Positions 47,665 to 55,903 of a DNA stretch of 64,000 bases are shown in pieces. Every line of letters starts with the position of its first letter. The stretch's first letter is position 1. The position numbers were made by a program, and so were the translations under genes. This stretch comes from a virus (Duplodnaviria > Caudoviricetes): the IMG/VR virus record IMGVR_UViG_3300008954_000001; one strand, 5' to 3'. A model generated the notes under the pieces. The model saw only the letters and a program-made list of their open reading frames with translations, was not told where the DNA came from and did not search any database.

Positions 47665-48546
47665 GTGGACGACATGACAAACCCATTTGAACAACTCTCT
47701 CAAGGTGCGGAAGCACCTACCTCCAAGTCGGCGGCGAAGGCTATTGCTGATTCGCTTTCACTCTCTCTCACGAAGAAGGGTATTCTTCGCCGCCGACCTC
47801 TTTCCTTTGGCAAGCAAATCGCCCGTGACCACTTTGGGTGGAAGCGTATGGGTGAGAAGCGTTGGCAAGAGATACTTCAGATAGGCTTGGACGCTGGATG
47901 GTTCACCATCGAGGGCGGGAAGCTACTGGGATCATTGTCTCCCGATGAGGATGCTGAAGAAACTATAGCGGAGGCGGGCGGAGGCAGCGAAGAGACGACT
48001 GAGGAGACGGAAGAGGACGATTGGGAACCTCCACCCCCACCCAAGAACGGTCGTTGCGGCCCCAAGATGTTCGATTGCGGCCATTGGAACTGGGGTGGAG
48101 ACCATGCAAGTGCTCATAAAGAGGGCAAGTGTTGTGCGAACTGGAGTCAACAACCGTCATGGCAAGACCTGAAGGGCGAGTACCTACGGCCTTTGCCCAT
48201 GAATGTGCGTAGGACACAGCACAAGACGGATCATCCTGGGTTTCCGGGCTACTGTTGTGACTCGAAGGGCTATTACGTTGGTGGGATTGGCAACAACTGT
48301 CGGTTCAACAAGTCCAAGCGTAAGCGTTGCCCTGTCCATGGTGGCAAGCCTTACGAGCCTGAGATCAAGAAGTCCAAGAAGAAAGCTGCTCCTAAAGCTG
48401 TAGCTGCGGGCAGTATCAAATCCAACACAGAGAATGTGGATTCCTACACTGACCTTGGGAAGTCCATCACTAAGGACAAGAAGGCTGACCTCCTGAATGT
48501 GGAGGAGGCGATTGAGCAATCTTTAAGCACAGAAGTTGAACTTTAG
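47665..48546 (+). CDS. Hypothetical protein with a Cys/His-rich domain
   Basis: 293 aa, starts 1 nt after the upstream stop. Confidence 0.55.
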   Translation: MDDMTNPFEQLSQGAEAPTSKSAAKAIADSLSLSLTKKGILRRRPLSFGKQIARDHFGWKRMGEKRWQEILQIGLDAGWFTIEGGKLLGSLSPDEDAEETIAEAGGGSEETTEETEEDDWEPPPPPKNGRCGPKMFDCGHWNWGGDHASAHKEGKCCANWSQQPSWQDLKGEYLRPLPMNVRRTQHKTDHPGFPGYCCDSKGYYVGGIGNNCRFNKSKRKRCPVHGGKPYEPEIKKSKKKAAPKAVAAGSIKSNTENVDSYTDLGKSITKDKKADLLNVEEAIEQSLSTEVEL

Positions 48547-48584
48547 ACTCTAAAGATGAACTTTAAGCGTATAAGTTTGGGGGT

Positions 48585-48623
48585 GGGGGGCTGATTTACC
48601 CTCCCATCGGTAGACTAAGTGAG
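48585..48623 (+). promoter_or_regulatory. Bipartite promoter motif
   Basis: GGGGGGCT GATTTACCCTCCCAT CGGTAGAC. Confidence 0.7.
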
Positions 48624-48873
48624 CAAAGGAGACTCGATTATGGAAGTTACACACCAAGATAACGGGCTTTACGCACCCACAGCTACCGTTTCGATTCAGC
48701 GTAGCTCTGACAAGGGCATCATTGACATTACGGTGGCGTGGACAATGCGAGGCAACCAGTGGTTCATCACCCACATCCTCGATGAGGATGGTCAGGAAGC
48801 CTTCCTGACCAAGACTGAAGAGCAGCTTGCTCGGTGTCTGGTTGAGGCGGGCGTGGACGAGACAGGTCGGTAG
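48619..48873 (+). CDS. Hypothetical protein
   Basis: The real start is probably the ATG about 20 nt downstream, after the AAAGGAG RBS. Confidence 0.5.
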   Translation: MSKGDSIMEVTHQDNGLYAPTATVSIQRSSDKGIIDITVAWTMRGNQWFITHILDEDGQEAFLTKTEEQLARCLVEAGVDETGR

Positions 48874-48917
48874 GGCCGACTCTCTCGTAAGATCGAAAAA
48901 CGCTGTGGCGGCGTGTC

Positions 48918-48953
48918 GCCCCTCATCTTCAAATGAAGGTGGGGGGCTTTTTT
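48918..48953 (+). terminator. Intrinsic terminator
   Basis: GCCCCTCATCTTCA-AA-TGAAGGTGGGGGGC followed by T6. Confidence 0.7.
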
Positions 48954-49326
48954 ATCTGCGTTCAGCTTGGGCGTAGATTTTATCGAGGATCTGAGGCCAC
49001 AGCCCACAGGACTTGGCGGCAGATTCAGAAATCACGGAGTCGTCTTCGGCGGTATAGATGCGGATGTTCTCGTTAATAGTGTAGCGTTTACCAGCCACTA
49101 CGATGATTGAGGTGGAGAGCATCAGTGTATCCACGAGGTCAGCCTTAAGGTCAGTGAACCCGTAGTCGGCATACCACTTCGTGAAGTCATCGTAGTTCAG
49201 AATCGTGGAACAGATATACCCATCAGGCGAGAAGTCGATGCCGCACTGTTTGGTTTTGAACAGTTCCATGCAAGGAGGGTGATCAGCACCCTCTGCGTAT
49301 TGAGCGATCACATACATGGTCGTCAT
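48952..49326 (-). CDS. Hypothetical protein
   Basis: 124 aa. Confidence 0.5.
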   Translation of the reverse strand: MTTMYVIAQYAEGADHPPCMELFKTKQCGIDFSPDGYICSTILNYDDFTKWYADYGFTDLKADLVDTLMLSTSIIVVAGKRYTINENIRIYTAEDDSVISESAAKSCGLWPQILDKIYAQAERR

Positions 49327-49400
49327 CCTAAGTCGAGAGCCTTGTACTCATCATGTACGGTTATCGTACACTCGAATAGGGGAAACGATAGGGGGAGTAT

Positions 49401-50348
49401 TCAGACCCAATTAGGGCTGAGACCCCATAGCTGTTGGGCTACACGGCGAATCAGGTTGATGCACTTGGTAATGATGCCTTCTCGGATCTCCAAATGCCCT
49501 GCAATCTCCCGTCGTTTCCACCCATCTACCAGTAGGGGCAGAATCTGAAGGCTCAGTTTCTGCTTACAATACTTGCCGTCTTCAAGGGGGCCATCTGCGG
49601 AGAGCTTGTTGAGAGCTTGGGTTAGCTCCGCCAAAAGCTCCGATTCCTGGATTGCATGTCCTTGATCCCCATCCTCCCAAGCGTAGTTGCTCTCCGCTAC
49701 GTCTACTTCACACAGCCCACCGTCTCGCATCATGAAGACACCCACGGTTTCCTGAGAGTTAATGCGGTTGTACTTGCGGTGGTAGTTGGACAGGATGCAC
49801 CCACAAACCATGTGGACATAATGCCCGAAGCTGGACTTGCGAGCGTCCCATGGGCAAGTACCCAAGTTGCGAGCCAGCAGTCCCTTGTAGACATCTTGAA
49901 GAACATCCTCAGGGTCATAGCCCATCGCTACGATCCTACGACCGAACCCTGCATAGAGCAGCTTCTTTACTTCGTGAGATCGGTTCTCCAGGTCAATGCC
50001 CAGGACAATGGAAGGCAGGGGAGGAGGCTCCTCCGCCTTGATCCCAAAAAGATCGAGGGTCGTGATCTGCACAGGGAACGGAATCACATCAGCAACTGCG
50101 GGTGGCTTCACTGATTTCTGGTTCCACCGCCCCGCCTTGAAGTATCTCTCTACTTGCAGGTGGGGGTCACGCCCATTGTGGATCGCCCGCATCAATGCCC
50201 GCCCTGACCTGAACTCTTGCGCCCCGTCTGGATAGTGGATGACCCACTTGTTTTCTTTTGATCGAGAGACAGGGTGTGACCCATGCTCCCACTTGGTCCA
50301 GAACATAGGTTCTACTACTACTGGTTCAGCTACAGCGGCTAATGACAT
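49401..50348 (-). CDS. ECF-type sigma factor with an N-terminal extension
   Basis: YDPEDVLQDVYKGL...WDARKSSFGHYVHMVCGCILSNYHRK (region 2); LLVDGWKRREIAGHLEIREG (region 4). Confidence 0.8.
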   Translation of the reverse strand: MSLAAVAEPVVVEPMFWTKWEHGSHPVSRSKENKWVIHYPDGAQEFRSGRALMRAIHNGRDPHLQVERYFKAGRWNQKSVKPPAVADVIPFPVQITTLDLFGIKAEEPPPLPSIVLGIDLENRSHEVKKLLYAGFGRRIVAMGYDPEDVLQDVYKGLLARNLGTCPWDARKSSFGHYVHMVCGCILSNYHRKYNRINSQETVGVFMMRDGGLCEVDVAESNYAWEDGDQGHAIQESELLAELTQALNKLSADGPLEDGKYCKQKLSLQILPLLVDGWKRREIAGHLEIREGIITKCINLIRRVAQQLWGLSPNWV

Positions 50349-50813
50349 TCAGGCTCCCCCTTATTTGTGTGTCTCTTTAGACTTCAGCGGCCCCAAATAC
50401 CTTTGGAATCTAAAGTTGAACTTTTGCGTTTTAAGTTTCGTGCTGGTTTGGATGTTTTCCAACCCACCGTCTACACAAAACCCCCCGTTTGATCGCCATT
50501 TTTGGTTCCCATACGTTTCAAGTATCGGAACACTATTGAAACAGTGATGCCCGTTACGAAGTGGGGTTAGCGTAGGGTTAGGTTGTAACAACCCCCTTTG
50601 CCTCTCGAAACCCGCCCCAGTTTGACCACAATCAATTTTGATCGTCAAGTTTCTTGGTGCTGTTCTATTGAGGGGGGAAGAGAGGGGGGACATATCTAAC
50701 CGCAGGTATTGAGTTTTTCGGTTTACCGAAATGAGGTGGGAAAGGGCAGGTCTCTCTACCTATATTTCACAGGTAGAATGAAAGAGTTTCTTATAGCTCT
50801 CGGAGGGTGAGAG

Positions 50814-51056
50814 ATGATGACTTGGACTGCCGTAGTTGAGAACACGACGACCCATGAGATCACAACACCTATATTCCAAGGATCGTGGTCTGGCAAACAA
50901 GCTCTTTCTTTGGCTGAAGAATTATTCAACTCACCTAAAGAGCGGATCGTATGTTTGGTCAAGGGTTCTCAGGCACAGGGCATTTACCCGTCCCTTGATA
51001 ATGATGGTTACAGTTACGAGTTGCGTGACACGGGTGAGGGGCATTCGGATCGTTGA
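50814..51056 (+). CDS. Hypothetical protein
   Basis: GGAGGG RBS, 80 aa. Confidence 0.5.
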   Translation: MMTWTAVVENTTTHEITTPIFQGSWSGKQALSLAEELFNSPKERIVCLVKGSQAQGIYPSLDNDGYSYELRDTGEGHSDR

Positions 51057-51259
51057 GGGAGGAAACTCAAATGGAATTACTGTTCAAGGTGTTGAACCTT
51101 TTAGGTCTGCAAATCGAAACCATCCCCAAGTCGGAGGCGTTAGCCGTCATACTTAATGGGATGCCTTCAGGTTCATTGGTAACAGCATGGGTAGGTGAGG
51201 ATGACGAGTTTGATTCACCTATGGGGCATTAGGGGCTGTTATGGTTCGTATGTGGGACT

Positions 51260-51838
51260 CTAAAGCGGATCACCTGTGGCTGTGCTTATGTTCCACATGG
51301 CATCGCAGGTTCCTAAACGCCTTGTAACTAACGCCGTACAGGTTGGTGGGTAGGGAGTCCGTTCAAAGAACTCCTCACAGTTGTATCCAGTTTTGCATGA
51401 CCCACTGATCGGGATGTCCCTACACCGCTCGTTTACTTCCACGATATCTATAAAGGTCGGGTCGTACCCTCTTGGTGAAGGCCGATAGAGTGATCCCACT
51501 ACCTGCTCACCCGTGACATCACACTTGGAGTCTATGGAGAAAGGGTGGCCGAGGGGTCTCCCACCGAAAGCCTTTTTCCCACACAACTTGTACATATGCC
51601 GTTGGGCAGGGACATCAGGATGAACCTCCCCCTCAGGTATGGGAATCTTGATGGCTCGCCAGAACTGACGGGCAGGGCCACCAGCATACACTTTGACGCA
51701 CATGGGAAGATTGTCAGGTGGGCTGTCTGATACCGTACCTTCCCCTATGACTTCTACTGTCTTGGTGGGGGGGCATCCCATCATTAGGAAGGTTATGACC
51801 AGCGCAAAGGCCCCCATGAGCAATCCTGTGTGCTTCAT
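51260..51838 (-). CDS. Cys-rich putative lipoprotein
   Basis: Hydrophobic signal ending LMMGC. Confidence 0.55.
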   Translation of the reverse strand: MKHTGLLMGAFALVITFLMMGCPPTKTVEVIGEGTVSDSPPDNLPMCVKVYAGGPARQFWRAIKIPIPEGEVHPDVPAQRHMYKLCGKKAFGGRPLGHPFSIDSKCDVTGEQVVGSLYRPSPRGYDPTFIDIVEVNERCRDIPISGSCKTGYNCEEFFERTPYPPTCTALVTRRLGTCDAMWNISTATGDPL

Positions 51839-52380
51839 TTGTTGGTCCTCTCTGGCTCACACCAAAAGACCCTTTGTGGTCCAGACGGGTTTGGGGTCAA
51901 GGGATACATTTGGCAGAATCTCGATAGCTGCCCCAACTCGTTACAGAATACGGTGGCTGTCTTACGGCTGTCTTGGTAGCCCCATTTGAGCGTCCAAACA
52001 TGCCCGGACGGAGGCGTAGGGCAATAGTTGTCCATGCACCGTGCTTCTGACGGGTTCCATTCGTAGATCATGCGGCCATCTGGACACTCTTGCTTTGGTT
52101 CTGATGCAACAGCCTCATCTTGTTTTCCGGGCCGCACTTTCCTACCACCCTCACAGACGTGGCCGTCCAGTTGGGGTTCCCCGCCGCTTTCTCGGCATTC
52201 TTGCTCCAAACATTCGAGCCAGCCTTTTGCCCCTTCGATAAGACCCCGCTGCTGGCATCTTTCCCAATTGGTGTTCGCATCTACTTTAGGGGCTTCTGGT
52301 GTGTCATCAGGACACCCCATTAGGGCGAATAGACAAACAGCAAGTGCTATCCTTCGTAGGTTCATCCTTCGGCAAACCAT
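51835..52380 (-). CDS. Cys-rich putative lipoprotein
   Basis: MNLRRIALAVCLFALMGC signal/lipobox. Confidence 0.55.
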   Translation of the reverse strand: MVCRRMNLRRIALAVCLFALMGCPDDTPEAPKVDANTNWERCQQRGLIEGAKGWLECLEQECRESGGEPQLDGHVCEGGRKVRPGKQDEAVASEPKQECPDGRMIYEWNPSEARCMDNYCPTPPSGHVWTLKWGYQDSRKTATVFCNELGQLSRFCQMYPLTPNPSGPQRVFWCEPERTNK

Positions 52381-53255
52381 TGTACGAGGGTTTCCAAGTT
52401 CTTGCGGTCAAGGCCCGTGAGGGAGGTCTTTTCCAGATGCCAAGATCGTTTCACGTCCACTCTCCACACACCCGGCGTTCCTTTGGGGAGTGTTTCTACC
52501 CGCAAGTTGCGGCCTGTTTCCCAATAAGTGCTTTTCGGGAAAATGGGGTGGGTTGATTTCTCTATGGGTCGGCTACTGCCATCGTCTTCAGCACCTTCGC
52601 CGTGGACCGCAGGGTCGAGAGTAACATAAGGCAGTTCGTCAATGTCCCGTTTGATCGGAAGGTCACGAGTGTTCCTGAAGTCACCCCACTCAACAGCAAC
52701 ATAGATGACCCCTGTGATGATGCCACCCTTGATCTTGATGTGCAGGGAATCGCCACCACCCCAATCATTCCATACCCAAGGGGCACCAATGTATCGGTCT
52801 ACATCCTTTCTTGCGGCATCATAAAAAATGTCCAAAACATTCTCATCAGTTTCGTAATCCTCATGTTTGCGACCTTCGAGCAGGGCGTGAAGTATCTCAT
52901 CCGAGTATTGACTCAAACCACCCATCTTCTTGACGAAGGTGCTGAACTGAGGGCCTTTCAGAGCTTTGAAGGGAATGTCCTTGATCCTATCAGCAGGTAT
53001 TTCGGCCAAAAGGCTCGGTGTATCGAACAACAGCTTCAAGGACTCCTTTGGAGGAGCCTCGGCTAAGACTTTGCTCGGAGGGACAACCACAGACACAGTG
53101 GCCTCAACTACAATGCCCTCAGGGACCACCGTGTAGCCCCCGACCTTGGGTTCACCTACAAGGTTCCCTGATCTCAACCCCTCTTTAACAGCTTCCGCTA
53201 AAGGGCTGGCTACACGCTTGGAGAACCATACGGCTTGGAGTTGTCTTGGGTTCAT
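52362..53255 (-). CDS. Leader-B protein (MNPRQLQAVWFSKRVA)
   Basis: Start ATG 53255 overlaps the upstream TGA. Confidence 0.65.
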   Translation of the reverse strand: MNPRQLQAVWFSKRVASPLAEAVKEGLRSGNLVGEPKVGGYTVVPEGIVVEATVSVVVPPSKVLAEAPPKESLKLLFDTPSLLAEIPADRIKDIPFKALKGPQFSTFVKKMGGLSQYSDEILHALLEGRKHEDYETDENVLDIFYDAARKDVDRYIGAPWVWNDWGGGDSLHIKIKGGIITGVIYVAVEWGDFRNTRDLPIKRDIDELPYVTLDPAVHGEGAEDDGSSRPIEKSTHPIFPKSTYWETGRNLRVETLPKGTPGVWRVDVKRSWHLEKTSLTGLDRKNLETLVQWFAEG

Positions 53256-53629
53256 ACCAAACTCTCCCAAAGCCTGAGTAGCTTGCTACCCTCGGCCTTG
53301 ATGCGTGGCTTTGGTTTCCACTTGGGATCGTGAGTCACATCCCACCTCATTTCGCCCAAGTTTCCGAGTAACTTGTACATCTTGAACATCTCATTGACGA
53401 ACCCAAACCATGCCTCACTATCAACACGGGGAGCATCGTAGTAACGATCTGCCCAGTCATCAATCGTTTCTCTCAGAGCCAGCCAGTCATCTTCAAATCC
53501 GTCGTACAAAGGCGAAGTGCCCTCCGCTAACTGCTTGAGGAGTTTCTCCATTTTCTGATAGTTTACGGGAGGTGGAATTCGGGCGGTCTTACCGAACCAT
53601 GTAGTTTCGAGTTGTCTCGTGTTCATCAT
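53252..53629 (-). CDS. Leader-B protein (MNTRQLETTWFGKTA)
   Basis: Shared leader, operonic overlap. Confidence 0.65.
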   Translation of the reverse strand: MMNTRQLETTWFGKTARIPPPVNYQKMEKLLKQLAEGTSPLYDGFEDDWLALRETIDDWADRYYDAPRVDSEAWFGFVNEMFKMYKLLGNLGEMRWDVTHDPKWKPKPRIKAEGSKLLRLWESLV

Positions 53630-53955
53630 CTCACCACCATGTAAGCAATCGCTGCACCTACAATCAGAGCAGCAATATGGGTTACGACCGCATACAAGAA
53701 AGACATTGAAGCTGAAGGCTTGTCCTTTTCAGCCTCACTCTCGTCCTTTTCGTGATCCAAGAGGGCCGTGCGGTGCTTTTGTTCCAGCTTCGCCAATTGA
53801 AGGCCAAGTACCTTGATCTGTTTTTCTAAAGCCTCAATGCGCTCTTTGTAGTAGCTGGACTTATGAACACCGCAGTAACGATTCCCGTATTCGGGCTTGG
53901 CGGCATGGTCGCATTGTTCATGCTCACAGTCGTAGTGCTGGCAGGTGTCGCTCAT
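53626..53955 (-). CDS. Coiled-coil protein with a C-terminal TM helix
   Basis: Cys/His N-terminus, heptad repeats, hydrophobic tail. Confidence 0.55.
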   Translation of the reverse strand: MSDTCQHYDCEHEQCDHAAKPEYGNRYCGVHKSSYYKERIEALEKQIKVLGLQLAKLEQKHRTALLDHEKDESEAEKDKPSASMSFLYAVVTHIAALIVGAAIAYMVVR

Positions 53956-53956
53956 T

Positions 53957-54424
53957 TCATGCCTGCTTCCAGCCGTTTCGGGCTAACCAATCGATTAGGT
54001 CATCGGCGTAGGTTTCATCTTCGGCAGGGTTGAAGTTCCCCTTATCTCCCTCACCCCTTCGCAAAGGCATGATGTCTTGGACCTTCACACGAACGACCAG
54101 TTTGGCTCCGAAAACCCCGCCCTTAGAGGCCGTAATGCTCGGTTCCTTGAACTTCGCTTGTCCAATGGGCTTCATTGTGGGGGCGACCATCTTGGGCCAA
54201 AAGCTCCCAACCGTTCGATAGGCTTCTTCAAGCCCCATCTCAGCCATACCCCCATGGCTCTTGACGGTTAGGTCTGCCAAAAAAGTAAGGAAGAGGTCGC
54301 TTGAATTATCTCCCACAGAGATGTGGTTGATCCCAACCCGCTTGTTCGTCCAAGCGGGAGCAGCAGCCTTACTATGACCAGCTTGGTTCATAAACCATTG
54401 AGCTTGTAGTTGTCGGGTGTTCAC
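53957..54424 (-). CDS. Leader-B protein (MNTRQLQAQWFMNQAGHSKAA)
   Basis: Shared leader. Confidence 0.65.
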   Translation of the reverse strand: MNTRQLQAQWFMNQAGHSKAAAPAWTNKRVGINHISVGDNSSDLFLTFLADLTVKSHGGMAEMGLEEAYRTVGSFWPKMVAPTMKPIGQAKFKEPSITASKGGVFGAKLVVRVKVQDIMPLRRGEGDKGNFNPAEDETYADDLIDWLARNGWKQA

Positions 54425-54447
54425 AGGGGGCCTCCATCCGGGATCGT

Positions 54448-54687
54448 CTACTCTCCCCGTTCCATAGGCGAGTTACCGTTCTTAGTGAGATTCGCCAGCG
54501 TGAGGCCCATATGTTCGCCCCACCCTTCGCAGATTTCTGCGGTGCTTACCTCGATTTCATCGCCAGGTTCCCAACCCAACTCAGCCATCAATTCGAGGGA
54601 CAGCATAATGTACTGTTCCCCGTTCTCATCTTCTTCAACCTTAGCTGTGTGTACACACTCAGTCGGAACACAGAATGTCATCGTCAT
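54448..54687 (-). CDS. AbrB/MazE-like small DNA-binding protein
   Basis: KVEEDENGEQYIMLSLELMAELGWEPGDEI. Confidence 0.6.
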   Translation of the reverse strand: MTMTFCVPTECVHTAKVEEDENGEQYIMLSLELMAELGWEPGDEIEVSTAEICEGWGEHMGLTLANLTKNGNSPMERGE

Positions 54688-54955
54688 CTCCTTGCCACTC
54701 GTCGTTTGTTTGCTCTCTTCCGTTGGGGTTATTCTTTATTGTTAGTCCACCCTGCCATTTAGACTGAAAGTATCCATCAAAGGCTTCCCATAGGAGGTTT
54801 TTGAGGCTTTCAGAGGAGGGGGCATCATGTGTTTCGCTATCCTCGAAGACCAATTGGCGATCAGCGAGGTCATCGTCTTCATCAGGAAGGATCAATAACC
54901 ATCCGTTTTGGACTCTTTCGATAATCACAGTCATGGCGTGTCCTGTTCGTGGCAC
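54659..54955 (-). CDS. Hypothetical protein
   Basis: IERVQNGWLL pattern. Confidence 0.5.
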   Translation of the reverse strand: MPRTGHAMTVIIERVQNGWLLILPDEDDDLADRQLVFEDSETHDAPSSESLKNLLWEAFDGYFQSKWQGGLTIKNNPNGREQTNDEWQGDDDDILCSD

Positions 54956-55386
54956 GATTCACATAGCGTTTTTATCCACGCTGTATTGCGAGCTTTGCCA
55001 AGGTTCCCACAGCGTTCACAGGTGTGGTCGGACATGGCTTCAGCCATACGGACCATACCCTCGATGTAGTGGTCGCCGCCGTGGTAGTAGAAACGAAGCC
55101 CACCGAACTTCTCTTTGACCTGTGTGGCTTCTACTTGAGCGAGGGGAGCGTAGTTCTCGTCCTTCTCGTTGTACTTGCGGTTGTGCTCGTACTTACCCTC
55201 TGCGTTGTGCCAATCCAGATGGTGCTGGATGTTGGCGCATAGGGTATCAAGGATGGAGTACCAGCCATCTCCACACTCCATGCCCCAACACATAGCGGTT
55301 TGGGTCATGGGCAGATTGACTTGACGGAAGATTCTCGGATGCGCTTTCAGCAGCTTGGTTTCGAGTTCAGCTTTCATAGTTGCCAC
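54931..55386 (-). CDS. Conserved phage protein
   Basis: CGDGWY...QVKEKFGGLRFY...CERCG. Confidence 0.65.
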   Translation of the reverse strand: MATMKAELETKLLKAHPRIFRQVNLPMTQTAMCWGMECGDGWYSILDTLCANIQHHLDWHNAEGKYEHNRKYNEKDENYAPLAQVEATQVKEKFGGLRFYYHGGDHYIEGMVRMAEAMSDHTCERCGNLGKARNTAWIKTLCESCHEQDTP

Positions 55387-55581
55387 CTCCCTCAGTAGAG
55401 GGAGGATAGGCTAACTATCTCTACGCCTTTTAGTTACTCGTTTGCGTATCGGACGGAGGGTGGCACGACGGAGTGAGTGTGCGATTTGGTCAATAGAATC
55501 AAGGAAGATTTTGCCGATGGCTTGGATGAGGACAACGGAGATGATCAGTACAGCTATGAGGACTTCAAGGCCACCCACCTA

Positions 55582-55902
55582 CTACCTCTCGCTCCACCCG
55601 TATCGGCTCGGATCGCTTGGGTTGCGGGGAATTTTCTTTACCACCCCGTCATCAAACTCCATGTCGTGATCTTCATAATCTTGGAACCAAACCCTCTTGC
55701 GAAACATCCCCCGTGCAAACTCTTCCATCGACTTTCTATCGGGAAATGGCCCGTAGTAGTCGATCAGGCGGTCGTAGTCGTAGCCCGTTTCTTCGCCATG
55801 TACCAAATAGTATTCATTGGGCCGACCCTTCCAACCCTTGGCATATTCGTTATTGCTTGCGGTCTTACCAAACCATGCTGCTTGTAGTTGCTTTGCGTTC
55901 AT
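55582..55902 (-). CDS. Leader-B protein (MNAKQLQAAWFGKTA)
   Basis: Shared leader, starts 1 nt after the upstream stop. Confidence 0.65.
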   Translation of the reverse strand: MNAKQLQAAWFGKTASNNEYAKGWKGRPNEYYLVHGEETGYDYDRLIDYYGPFPDRKSMEEFARGMFRKRVWFQDYEDHDMEFDDGVVKKIPRNPSDPSRYGWSER

Positions 55903-55903
55903 C

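Noticed and set aside
48991-49010. Fifth copy of the leader hairpin (CTGAGGCCACAGCCCACAGG)
   Set aside because: The stem is imperfect, it is antisense within a coding region, and no start codon follows.
50361-50693. 110-aa ORF upstream of the sigma gene
   Set aside because: No recognisable motif or RBS, and it overlaps the AT-rich regulatory element; probably intergenic.
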